Part shown: piece by piece, positions 1 through 8,422 of the stretch
Position numbering within the stretch: position 1 is the first letter of the stretch
Layout of the letters: every line of letters starts with the position of its first letter
Origin: an uncultured Planctomycetota bacterium
Lineage (GTDB): Bacteria > Planctomycetota > Planctomycetia > Isosphaerales > Isosphaeraceae
Assembly (NCBI GenBank): GCA_963737655.1
Contig: CAVTTN010000002.1
Span: 5,760,001 to 5,824,000, forward strand
Direction: 5' to 3'
DNA: 64,000 nt
The notes under the pieces: generated by a model
What the model was told of the DNA's origin: nothing
Database searches by the model: none
The model's input: the letters and a program-made list of their open reading frames with translations, nothing else
Position numbers and translations under genes: made by a program

Positions 1-2
1 CC

Positions 3-1802
3 CGGCGGTCTTCTCCTCTGCGACCGGGGGCCATCGCGCTGGCCCCCCCGCCGAAGGTCGAGGGCGACGCGGTGTTGAAGGCCTCGGCCGAGGTGGCCGA
101 GACGCCCGAGCCCGCCCCGCTCGACCTGCCCGCCGCCCGGCCCGAGCCGGCCGAGGTCAAGGTCAAGGTCGAGGCCCCGAAGCCGGCCGAGGCCGCCGCC
201 CCGCCGATCCTGCTGACCCCCGAGGAGACGCCCGGAGAGCCGGCCCTCCCGCCGTCTCTCGGGCCCGCCCTGCCCCGGGCCGGTGCTCCCCCCAGGACCG
301 AGGCGGAACCCATCGGCCAGGCCAGGCCCGCCGAACCCCCGGCCGAGCCGCCGGCCCTCGCCCCCGCCGAGACGCCGGTCCCGGTTCCGGCCGAGCCGCC
401 GGCCCTCGCCCCGGCCGCCCCGCTCTCGCAGCCGGCGACCGAACCCGGCGCGGCCCCCGCGGTCAAGCCGCTCGCGCCTCCTCCGGCCGAATCCCTGGCC
501 CCTCCCCCGGCCGAGGCGCTCGCGCCTCCTCCGGCCGAGGCGCTCGCGCCTCCCCCGGCCGAGGCGCCGGTCCCCGAGCCGTCGCGGCTTCCGGTCGAGC
601 CTCCGGCCTCGACGGGGGACGTCGAGACGCCCCCCCTGCCCGAGCTGCCGCCGACGGCCGCGACGGCGCCTCGCGAGGTCGTGGCCCCTCCGATCCGTCC
701 GGCCTCGCGTCGCCAGGTCGATTCGCCCGCCCCGGCGACGACGGCGGGGGCCGACCGCATCCCGCCGATCCGCCCGGCCGGATCGGCCCGGATGACCCGG
801 TCCGAGGCCGCCCCGATGCCGACCCCCGCCCCGGAACCGGCGCCCGACCCGGTCCCGGTCGAGCCGCCGGCCCTCCTGGACCCGCCCGCCGCCCGAGCGT
901 CGGCCCTCTCGGCTCAGGAGATCGAAGCCCCGGCTCCGACCCAGGCTCCGGCTCCGGTTCCGGCCCCCGAGCCGGTCGCGCCGGCCCCGGCCCCCGAGGC
1001 CTCGTCGCTGGTGCCGCCCTCGGCGCCTCCGCGACGGGAGAGGCTGTCCGATCCGGCCCCGGCCGACGACCTGCCCCCCCTGCCCGCCGGAGGCGCCACC
1101 TCGGGAGCTCCCCCGACTGCCCCGGCCCCCGGGCGGCTTCATCTCCCCGACGAGGGCCTGGGGCCATCCCCGACGTCCGGCTCGGCCCCGACGATCCGCC
1201 CCGAGTCGCTCCGGGAGGTCGATGAGATCGCCCGCCGCCAGGAAGACGCGGCCCGGCAGAACCCGCCGCCCAACCCGCTGACGACCGGGTCGAGCATGGG
1301 CAACGATTCCCCGATGGCCAGCCGCCTGGAGCTGCCCCGGGCCCCCAGCCCGACCGAGCCGAGGCCGATCCGCGTGATCCCCCCGCCCGAGGAGTACGTC
1401 CCCCTGCCGGCCCGGGACTGGTCGCCCAACCGCAAGTACTGGGTGGCCGGCGCCACCTGCCACATGCCGCTGTACTTCCAGGACGCCGTTTTGGAACGCT
1501 ACGGGCAGGGCGTGGAGCAGTCGCTCGGGCCCGTCGGCCGGTTCTTCTCCTATCCCCTGGACGACCCCCGGCAGTCGAACCAGAGGAACCAGCTCCTCCA
1601 GCCGGGTTACTCGGCGGGCCTGTTCATCACCCAGATCATCGCCTTGCCGTATAACCTGATCGTCGATCCGCCGTGGGAGGCCGAGTACGACCTGGGCTAC
1701 TACCGCCCCGGCGACCGCACCCCGCCGGACCTGATGTACCTGCCCACCACGGGCGTCGGGCCCGTGCTCAAGGGCAACCGCTACGGCCGCCGCGCCCGGT
1801 AG
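3..1802 (+). CDS. Pro/Ala/Glu-rich protein with conserved planctomycete C-terminal domain (5' end outside window)
   Basis: Frame is open from base 3. Low-complexity body with 24-nt tandem repeats (APPPAEAL, ~470-567). C-terminus CHMPLYFQDAVLERYG...LPY...DPPW...YDLGYYRPG resembles a planctomycete-specific family. Confidence 0.75.
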   Translation, partial: RRSSPLRPGAIALAPPPKVEGDAVLKASAEVAETPEPAPLDLPAARPEPAEVKVKVEAPKPAEAAAPPILLTPEETPGEPALPPSLGPALPRAGAPPRTEAEPIGQARPAEPPAEPPALAPAETPVPVPAEPPALAPAAPLSQPATEPGAAPAVKPLAPPPAESLAPPPAEALAPPPAEALAPPPAEAPVPEPSRLPVEPPASTGDVETPPLPELPPTAATAPREVVAPPIRPASRRQVDSPAPATTAGADRIPPIRPAGSARMTRSEAAPMPTPAPEPAPDPVPVEPPALLDPPAARASALSAQEIEAPAPTQAPAPVPAPEPVAPAPAPEASSLVPPSAPPRRERLSDPAPADDLPPLPAGGATSGAPPTAPAPGRLHLPDEGLGPSPTSGSAPTIRPESLREVDEIARRQEDAARQNPPPNPLTTGSSMGNDSPMASRLELPRAPSPTEPRPIRVIPPPEEYVPLPARDWSPNRKYWVAGATCHMPLYFQDAVLERYGQGVEQSLGPVGRFFSYPLDDPRQSNQRNQLLQPGYSAGLFITQIIALPYNLIVDPPWEAEYDLGYYRPGDRTPPDLMYLPTTGVGPVLKGNRYGRRAR

Positions 1803-1839
1803 CCGGCGGCGCCCGTCTCGGGGAAATCCGAGTCCCATC

Positions 1840-1893
1840 GCCGGGGCCGGGGCGTTCCGGGGGTTTGGCCCCCCGGAACACCCCGGCCCCGGC
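1840..1893. terminator. Strong GC hairpin downstream of ORF1
   Basis: GCCGGGGCCGGGG-c-GTTCCGGGGG...CCCCCGGAAC-a-CCCCGGCCCCGGC; no U-tract. Confidence 0.45.
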
Positions 1894-1940
1894 CGCGCGC
1901 CGACGACGCCCCGGCACGACGTGTCGTCTTCGGTCGAAAG

Positions 1941-1958
1941 ATGAAATGCCCATGAAAT
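1941..1958 (+). promoter_or_regulatory. Candidate PHO-box-like tandem repeat upstream of phoU
   Basis: ATGAAAT at 1941 and 1952, exactly 11 bp apart, in an AT-richer patch ~135 nt upstream of phoU. Confidence 0.45.
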
Positions 1959-2091
1959 TTAGGGTCGATTGCTTGTCCGTGGCCCGGAGATTCTCTACAG
2001 TAGGAACTGCGGAAGCGGAACGGCCCCGGGCCCCTCCTGGCCCCCGATTTGCCGGACGTCGCGACGCCGCGATCCTGAATGGGGGTGAGCC

Positions 2092-2820
2092 ATGCCGTCG
2101 ATCGGACGATTGGGGTCGGACTGGGAGGCGGAGCGGGTCACCCTCGGCCGCCACTTCCTCCGCGACATGGAAAGCCTCTGGGAGAATATCCTGAAGCTGG
2201 CCGCCGTGGTCGAAACCGCGCTGCGGACCAGCGTGGACGCCCTGTGCGACGGCCGGGCCGACCTGGCCGACGAGGTCAAGGGGGGCGAGGACGCGATCAA
2301 TGACTGGGAAGTGCGGATCGAGCGCGATTGCCTGAGGATTTTGGCCCTCCATCAGCCGGTGGCCTCGGACCTCCGCCGGGTGGCGGCGATCCTCAAGATC
2401 AACGGCGACCTGGAACGCATGGCCGACCTGGCCGACCACATCGCCAACCGCGCGAGGAAGCTCGCCGCCAAGCCCTGCCCGACGCCCGTTCCGCCCCGGA
2501 TGGAGCTCATGGCGAGGGAGGCGCTGGCGCAGGTCCACGACGCCCTGGACGCCCTGGCCAAGGCCGACGCCGACCTCGCCCGGGCGGTGATCGCCGGCGA
2601 CGGCGGCGTCGATCGCCACCGCCGGGCCGTCCTGAACGACCTGAAGGACGCCATCCGCCGCGAGCCCGACCGCGTGAGCACCTGGCTCCGCCTGATCAAC
2701 GCCGCCCGGAACATCGAACGCATCGCCGACCACGCCACCAACATCGCCGAGGCCGTCGTCTACCTCCGAGAAGGCGACATCATCCGCCACGTCGGCGAGC
2801 GACGGGCCCGCCGCGCCTGA
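2092..2820 (+). CDS. phoU: Phosphate signalling complex protein PhoU
   Basis: Two PhoU repeats: LALHQPVASDLR...DLERMADLA and ARNIERIADHATNIAE. Confidence 0.95.
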   Translation: MPSIGRLGSDWEAERVTLGRHFLRDMESLWENILKLAAVVETALRTSVDALCDGRADLADEVKGGEDAINDWEVRIERDCLRILALHQPVASDLRRVAAILKINGDLERMADLADHIANRARKLAAKPCPTPVPPRMELMAREALAQVHDALDALAKADADLARAVIAGDGGVDRHRRAVLNDLKDAIRREPDRVSTWLRLINAARNIERIADHATNIAEAVVYLREGDIIRHVGERRARRA

Positions 2821-2873
2821 GCTGGCGCCGGGACTCGCAGGCGCTCGATCCCATCCCGAGAGGATCGGCATCC

Positions 2874-3386
2874 ATGCCCTCGTCTCCGGCCAGCCCGAAG
2901 GTCCGATGGCTGAGCCGGCTCGTCGAGGTCCTGATCGTCCTCGGGATCATGGTTGGGCTCCTCTGGATGATCGCCCCGATCTTCTCCTCCCACCCGTCAA
3001 GCTCCGCCGTCCGCCACTGGGAGGCGAACTATTCCTCCCTCCTCCCCCCCGGCTACTCGGATTTTCGAGGGCACTGGCAGAACCACGATATCGGCGTGCA
3101 GATCTTCAGCTTCCGCCTCCCGGACGGGGCCGAATGCGAGCTGGTGCTGGACGGCCTGGTCACTCGCCTGAGCGACTACCGGGTTCACCGGCGGGTGCCG
3201 GGCGAGGTCGCCCTGCGACGAAGCGTGACGTACTCCAATCCCGATGGCTTCGACGAATACCGGTTCCTCTGCGAACCCTCGTCGGGCCGGGTGTATGCCA
3301 TGTTCGCCAACCTGGATTCGGAGATGGACGCCCATCTCCGGCTGGTGGAGCAACTCCACGCGATCGCTCGCGGCCAGGAGAAGTGA
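2874..3386 (+). CDS. Hypothetical protein with N-terminal membrane anchor
   Basis: ATG 2874; hydrophobic LVEVLIVLGIMVGLLWMIAPIF followed by a globular region. Confidence 0.65.
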   Translation: MPSSPASPKVRWLSRLVEVLIVLGIMVGLLWMIAPIFSSHPSSSAVRHWEANYSSLLPPGYSDFRGHWQNHDIGVQIFSFRLPDGAECELVLDGLVTRLSDYRVHRRVPGEVALRRSVTYSNPDGFDEYRFLCEPSSGRVYAMFANLDSEMDAHLRLVEQLHAIARGQEK

Positions 3387-3550
3387 CCGCCTCATATGAG
3401 GGCGCCCTCTTGTCGGCTGGCCAGGGTCGAGCCGCGCCCGGAATCGAGAGCGAGACCCGGCCGCGATCCTTGAACGAATTCGGATTGCGGCCCGCCCCCC
3501 GGCGCGGTAGGGTTTGCCCGGGGCGATCCGAGGCGGTCGAGGAGGATGCG

Positions 3551-4114
3551 ATGAGGTCCATCCGGTTCTCGATCGGCGCCCTGGCCATGCTCGTGGTCGT
3601 CCTCGCCCTGGACCTGGCGGTGATCCGCAGCCTCGTCCGTCCGAGCAGCCCGGGCTCCAACCAGATGCTCTATCTGGTGCCGATCACCTCGACCTCGACC
3701 CTGGCGTTCCTGGCCTTCGCCCTGGGCGTCCTGCCGATGGCGAGCGTCCTCGTGCCCGCGACGCTGTCCCAGGCGTGGACGATCCGCCGTCGGGGCACGG
3801 TCTCCCCCTTCGGCTTCGGGTTCGTGGCCTTCGGGTGGGTGGCGGTGTTCCTCTTCATGGCGATCGCCGCCGTCTCTCCCCCGGCGATCAACGAGTATTT
3901 CTCCTGGAGCGCGAGCCGGCTCGGCCCGGCGGTCGCGGCCGTGATCGGCAACGACGGTCCTTCCTGGCTCGAAACCACGTTCGAGGTGACGGTCATCCTG
4001 GTCGATCTCACCTTGCCCGAGCTGCTGATCGCCCTGGCCGGCGGCTGGCTGGTCGGCCGGTCGGGCGGTCGCCCGGCGATCCCGACGCCCGAGGCCGGGA
4101 CGTCCGCCGCCTGA
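3551..4114 (+). CDS. Hypothetical membrane protein (about 4 TM)
   Basis: GGAGG then ATG 3551; MRSIRFSIGALAMLVVVLAL start typical of planctomycete membrane proteins. Confidence 0.7.
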   Translation: MRSIRFSIGALAMLVVVLALDLAVIRSLVRPSSPGSNQMLYLVPITSTSTLAFLAFALGVLPMASVLVPATLSQAWTIRRRGTVSPFGFGFVAFGWVAVFLFMAIAAVSPPAINEYFSWSASRLGPAVAAVIGNDGPSWLETTFEVTVILVDLTLPELLIALAGGWLVGRSGGRPAIPTPEAGTSAA

Positions 4115-4130
4115 CCGCGACCCGGCCCGT

Positions 4131-5135
4131 TCACTCCTCGACCTCCGGCAGCAGCGCGGCGACCTCCGCGGCCAGCGACGGGTCGGCGGCCAGGCGTTCC
4201 AAAGCGGCGGCGCAGGCGTGGCGGACCGTCTTGGCGTCCCTCTTGCCGAACAACGCGCCGAGGCTCGCGAAGCTCAGGCCGGTCCGGGTCCGGGCGAGGT
4301 GGATCGCCAGGTGACGGGGGACCACCACGGCCTGCCTCCTGGATGCCGACCGCAGGTCGCGGACGCTCACGCCGAACCGCTCGGCCACGAGCCGGGCGAT
4401 CGTCTCGACGGCCTGGCGGGCGGTCTCGGAGGGGTCGTCCTCCGCCAGGGAATCGGCCAGGGATTGGTCGGCGGGGCGTCGCTCGACCTTCGCCGCCAGG
4501 GCGAGCCGGGCGAGGCGGCCGTCGATCTCGCGATAGCCGGCCGCCCCCTCGGCGATCGCCTCGACGGCCTCGGCCGACAGCGAGAGCGACCGGGCCCGGG
4601 CGGTCTCCAGGGCGAACCGGCGGCGGGTGGCCAGGCCCGGCGGCTCGACCCTCAGCGACAGCCCGCCGACCAACCGGCTGACCAGCCTCGGCGGCCAGCC
4701 CGTCATCCGCCCCGGGCCGACCCGGGCCGAGAACGCGGCCGACCCGCCCGCTTCCTCCAGGGCATCGAGCGTGTGGGCCAGCTCCTCGGAGGCGATCGGC
4801 GAGCGTTCCAGGGCGTGGAGGTCATCCAGGACGAACAGGTCGAGGCCGCGGAACCGCTCGCGGAGGTCGGCGAACCCCCCGAGACGGCCGGCGGCCTCGT
4901 GGCAGAGCGAGGCGAACGCCTCGGCGGTCAGCGTCGCCACGGAGGCGCCCGGGAACCTCGCGATCTTCTCGGCCACCAGCCCGTCGAGGATCCGCGTCTT
5001 GCCCGACCCCGCCGGCCCGTGGACGACCAGGGGCGACGCCACCGAGGCATCCCCCCGGGCCAGCGCCACGGCCCCCGAATGCGCCAGGGCGTTCTCCGGG
5101 CCGACGAGGAAGCCGTCCCAGGGCGATCCGGCCAT
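4131..5135 (-). CDS. Short DnaA/Hda-family AAA+ protein (domains III-IV only)
   Basis: FLVGPEN, Walker A GPAGSGKT, Walker B FVLDDLH, RLVSRLVGGL, C-terminal HTH LSFASLGALFGKRDAKTVRHA; no domain I/II. Confidence 0.88.
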   Translation of the reverse strand: MAGSPWDGFLVGPENALAHSGAVALARGDASVASPLVVHGPAGSGKTRILDGLVAEKIARFPGASVATLTAEAFASLCHEAAGRLGGFADLRERFRGLDLFVLDDLHALERSPIASEELAHTLDALEEAGGSAAFSARVGPGRMTGWPPRLVSRLVGGLSLRVEPPGLATRRRFALETARARSLSLSAEAVEAIAEGAAGYREIDGRLARLALAAKVERRPADQSLADSLAEDDPSETARQAVETIARLVAERFGVSVRDLRSASRRQAVVVPRHLAIHLARTRTGLSFASLGALFGKRDAKTVRHACAAALERLAADPSLAAEVAALLPEVEE

Positions 5136-5158
5136 CCTGCCCCCTCAACCCGCGTCCT

Positions 5159-5245
5159 GGGTGGCATGCTCACGTCTTCGTGAGCATGTCTTCGAATCTT
5201 CCCAGCGTGCCCGGGCATGCTCACGAAGACGTGAGCCTGCCACCC
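5159..5245. repeat. REP-like inverted doublet, GGGTGGCATG family
   Basis: GGGTGGCATGCTCACGTCTTCGTGAGCATG (5159-5188) and its inverse with 1 mismatch (5216-5245). Confidence 0.85.
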
Positions 5246-5358
5246 GGAACGCCAGGCCCGAGGCCCTCTCGCCGGGCTTCGTAACACGTCCGGGCCCTGG
5301 CGCGAAGGGGAATTCGGTTCGCGAGAGGGCCCGATCGGCGTTAGAATCGGCCCTCATC

Positions 5359-6072
5359 ATGCCGTCCGAGCCGTTCGAATCGACGCGATGGAGCCTCGTC
5401 GCCGCCGCGGGGGGCGACCGCGGGTCCGGCCGCGCCCGCGAGGCCCTCGAGGCGCTCTGCTCGGCCTATTGGTATCCGATTTATGCCTTCATCCGTCGCC
5501 GGGGGCACGACGCCGAGGCCGCCGCCGACCTCGCCCAGGGCTTCTTCGCCGCCCTCCTCGAATCCGACGCCTTTTTCGGCCTCGACCCGGCGAAGGGGAA
5601 GTTCCGCGCCTTCTTGCTGGCGTCCTGTCAACATTTTCTCGCTCATGAACGCGACCGCGCCAACGCCCTGAAGCGAGGAGGGGGCCGGACGATCGCCTCC
5701 CTCGACGACGCCGAGGGCCGATACCGCCGCGAGCCCAGCCACGACCTCACGCCCGAGGCCCTGTTCGACCGCCGATACGCCCTGGCCCTGCTCGACGCCA
5801 CCCTCGACGAGCTCCGGGCCGACTTCGCCCGACGCGGCCAGGCCGACCACTTCGACGCCCTCAAGCCCACCCTGACCGGGGACGCCCGGAACGTCCCCTA
5901 TCGCGAGATCGCCGACCGTCTCGGGACGACCGAAGGCGCCGTGCAGGTGGCCGTCCACCGGCTCCGCAAGCGCTATCGCGAGGCCCTCCGAGACCGGATC
6001 GCCCAGACCGTCGCCGGCCCCTCCGAGATCGACGACGAGATCCGCGACCTGTTCGCCGCCCTGGCGCGATGA
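5359..6072 (+). CDS. ECF-type sigma-70 factor
   Basis: FESTRWSLV N-terminus, YWYPIYAFIRR, GKFRAFL, region 4 YREIADRLGTTEGAVQVAVHRLR; TAGAAT at 5342. Confidence 0.9.
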   Translation: MPSEPFESTRWSLVAAAGGDRGSGRAREALEALCSAYWYPIYAFIRRRGHDAEAAADLAQGFFAALLESDAFFGLDPAKGKFRAFLLASCQHFLAHERDRANALKRGGGRTIASLDDAEGRYRREPSHDLTPEALFDRRYALALLDATLDELRADFARRGQADHFDALKPTLTGDARNVPYREIADRLGTTEGAVQVAVHRLRKRYREALRDRIAQTVAGPSEIDDEIRDLFAALAR

Positions 6073-6245
6073 CGCGGCCGGATCGTCTTCGGGCGGTAAT
6101 CGTGCTCGACCCCGAGCCGAGAACCGCCCACGTCTTCGGCGCCGTCGCCGTCGCCGCCCCACGATCCCTGACCGCCGACGACGAACTGACCCTGCCGGGC
6201 ATCCTCGAAGGCTTCCGCGTCCGCGTGGGCCGGTTCTTCGAGTGA
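6069..6245 (+). pseudogene. C-terminal fragment of Uma2/DUF820-family endonuclease
   Basis: 58-aa ORF with ATGA overlap: VIVLDPEPRTAHVF...LTADDELTLPGILEGFRVRVGRFFE; the N-terminal catalytic part is absent. Confidence 0.65.
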
Positions 6246-6327
6246 GATCAAGGCCAGGGCCTCGGCATCCGCGGATGCCTCCTCCCGATCGCGGCCTCGC
6301 CTCCGGGGACGGCGACCGAGTCGGCCC

Positions 6328-7155
6328 TCAGAGCCCTTCCCTCGGCGTGACGGTGAGCGTCACGTCCTGGCCGTCTCGGGTGACGACGACCGTGGCCGGC
6401 TTGCCGGGCTCGGCCGAGGCGGCGGCGGCGAACGTGTCGGCGAAGGTGGTGGTCCATCGGCCGTCGAGACTGGTGAGGATGTCTCCGGATTTCAATCCCG
6501 CCATCTCGGCCGCCGAGCCGGGCAGGACGGCCGCGATCGGCACCCCGGGGGTCTCGACGCCCCTGGGCTCGCCGAGCTCGATCCCCCAGATCCCCCTCGG
6601 CGCCAGGATGATCGTCTTCGCGACCTTCGGCCCGGCGAGCCTCTGCGGGAGTTCCTTCATGAGGTCGCGGACCTGGAAATCGACCGGCTCGAAGGTGAGC
6701 TGCAGGTCCTTGTAGTCGATCGACATCCGGAACCGGGCCCAGAACGTGTAGCCGATGATCCCCTCGATGGGCTTCTCGAAGAAGCCGGAGAGGGCCTTGA
6801 CCGCCGGGTGGTCCATCACGATCACCGGGACGTCGTCGGCCTTCAGCTTGCCCATCTCCAACGTCTTGACCTTCCCCTCGCCCCGGGTGCCCATCAAGAA
6901 GGACTTGGGCGCCGATTTGTCGATGGCGCCCGAGGCCTCGGCCGCCCGGTTCGAGAGCAGGGTGACCGGCGCGCCGAGGTCGAAGATGAACCGGAACGGC
7001 CCCTTGCCGTTGAGCTTCGCCTCCACGACCATGTGGTTCGACGGCAGCATCTTGAACGGGACGACCGAGGGCGCCGCCGGGGGGGCGTCCTGCCGGGCGT
7101 GGAGCGGGGTGAAGGCGACGAGGAGCAGGAGCGGGAACGTCTTGGAGATTTTCAT
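6328..7155 (-). CDS. Secreted retropepsin-like aspartyl protease + PDZ domain (DLG variant)
   Basis: Signal peptide; NGKGPFRFIFDLGAP, EGIIG; PDZ PGSAAEMAGLKSGDIL. Confidence 0.85.
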   Translation of the reverse strand: MKISKTFPLLLLVAFTPLHARQDAPPAAPSVVPFKMLPSNHMVVEAKLNGKGPFRFIFDLGAPVTLLSNRAAEASGAIDKSAPKSFLMGTRGEGKVKTLEMGKLKADDVPVIVMDHPAVKALSGFFEKPIEGIIGYTFWARFRMSIDYKDLQLTFEPVDFQVRDLMKELPQRLAGPKVAKTIILAPRGIWGIELGEPRGVETPGVPIAAVLPGSAAEMAGLKSGDILTSLDGRWTTTFADTFAAAASAEPGKPATVVVTRDGQDVTLTVTPREGL

Positions 7156-7186
7156 GCCGGGATCTCGATGATGAGAATGTGTCTCG

Positions 7187-7308
7187 GGGTGGCATGCCCA
7201 CGTCTTCGTGGGCATGGGCATGATTTTCGGGAAAACACTTGCCTGGGCATAATTCCGAGCATGACCTTCGAGTGAAGACATGCCCACGAAGACGTGGGCA
7301 TGCCACCC
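7187..7308. repeat. REP-like inverted doublet, GGGTGGCATG family
   Basis: Perfect 30-bp inverted repeat, 7187-7216 / 7279-7308. Confidence 0.88.
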
Positions 7309-7327
7309 GGGGATGGGGCATGCGTCC

Positions 7328-8188
7328 CTAGAGCCCTTCGGCGGCGGTCAGGGCCATTTCCCTGGTTTCTCCCCCGCGATCGACGACCACGGCCACCTTG
7401 TCTCCGGGTCGGACCTTGGCGATGGCCGAATGGGCGGCCTTGCGGTCCTTCACGCCCTCGCCGGAGAGCCTGATGAGCCTGTCGCCGACCCGAATCCCGG
7501 CCTTCGCGGCGGGGGAATCGGCCAGGACGGCGGTGACCTTGAGGGCCTCGTCCATCTCCAGGCCGAGCAAGCCCTGGGGGTGGTACACGTCCTCGGGCTG
7601 CTTGCCGACGAGGACGCTCATGACCTTCATGATCGGCCCCAGGGCGTTCATGGCCTGGACCTCGGCCGGGCCCTGGCGGTCCTTCTCGTCGGCCGGGATG
7701 AACGGGTCGGGCGGGTTGTAGTCCAGGCGGGTCCAGGTCATCCGGTCCTTCGTCGGGTCGAATTCCATCTTGAACTTGGCCAGGACGGTGAAGCCGAGGA
7801 TGCCCTCGATCTTGGCGCCGGGGAGGCCCATCGCGTTCATCCCGACGAGCTGGAACGGGTCCTCGACGCGGGCCTTGATGCCTTCGAGCTTGGCCCCGCC
7901 CTCGAGGTCCAGGCGATCCAGGGGCGTCCAGTATTCCCCCTTCGGCGCGGGCTTCAGGCCGACGGCCTTCGCGGCGTCGGTGCCGACGTAGAGGGCCGGG
8001 GCGCCGGTATCGACCAGGAAGTTGAACGGGCCCTTGCCGTTGAGCTTCACGCGGACGAGGTAATGGTTCGTCAGCGTGAGGCGATAGGGGACCTGGTACG
8101 ACGTGCCGACGTCGGTCGGCTTGGCGGGCTTGGGGTCGCCGGGGGCGAGGGCGACGAGGGCCAGGATCAGGCCGAGTCTGCGGGGCAT
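7328..8188 (-). CDS. Secreted retropepsin-like aspartyl protease + PDZ domain
   Basis: Signal peptide; NGKGPFNFLVDTGAP, EGILG; PDZ DSPAAKAGIRVGDRL. Confidence 0.88.
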   Translation of the reverse strand: MPRRLGLILALVALAPGDPKPAKPTDVGTSYQVPYRLTLTNHYLVRVKLNGKGPFNFLVDTGAPALYVGTDAAKAVGLKPAPKGEYWTPLDRLDLEGGAKLEGIKARVEDPFQLVGMNAMGLPGAKIEGILGFTVLAKFKMEFDPTKDRMTWTRLDYNPPDPFIPADEKDRQGPAEVQAMNALGPIMKVMSVLVGKQPEDVYHPQGLLGLEMDEALKVTAVLADSPAAKAGIRVGDRLIRLSGEGVKDRKAAHSAIAKVRPGDKVAVVVDRGGETREMALTAAEGL

Positions 8189-8334
8189 GGGGGGTCCTCA
8201 CCTCTCCGTCGGGCGATCCACAGGGACGATCCTCCAGTGTACGCCGGGCGGACGGCCCCGGGAAGACGGCGGATTTGGCCTTTTGGCGAGGGGGACCGGG
8301 CCGCTATGATCCGGGGCGAGCGGTCCGCGTTCCC

Positions 8335-8390
8335 GGAGGGCGGGCCTCGGCCTGCCTCTTCGGATCGCGGCAGGCCGAGGCCTGCCCTCC
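8335..8390. repeat. REP-like inverted doublet, GGCAGGCCnnGGCCTGCC family
   Basis: GGAGGGCGGGCCTCGGCCTGCC / GGCAGGCCGAGGCCTGCCCTCC. Confidence 0.75.
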
Positions 8391-8422
8391 GGGAATCCCG
8401 GACGCTTCCCGAGGACGGAGCC

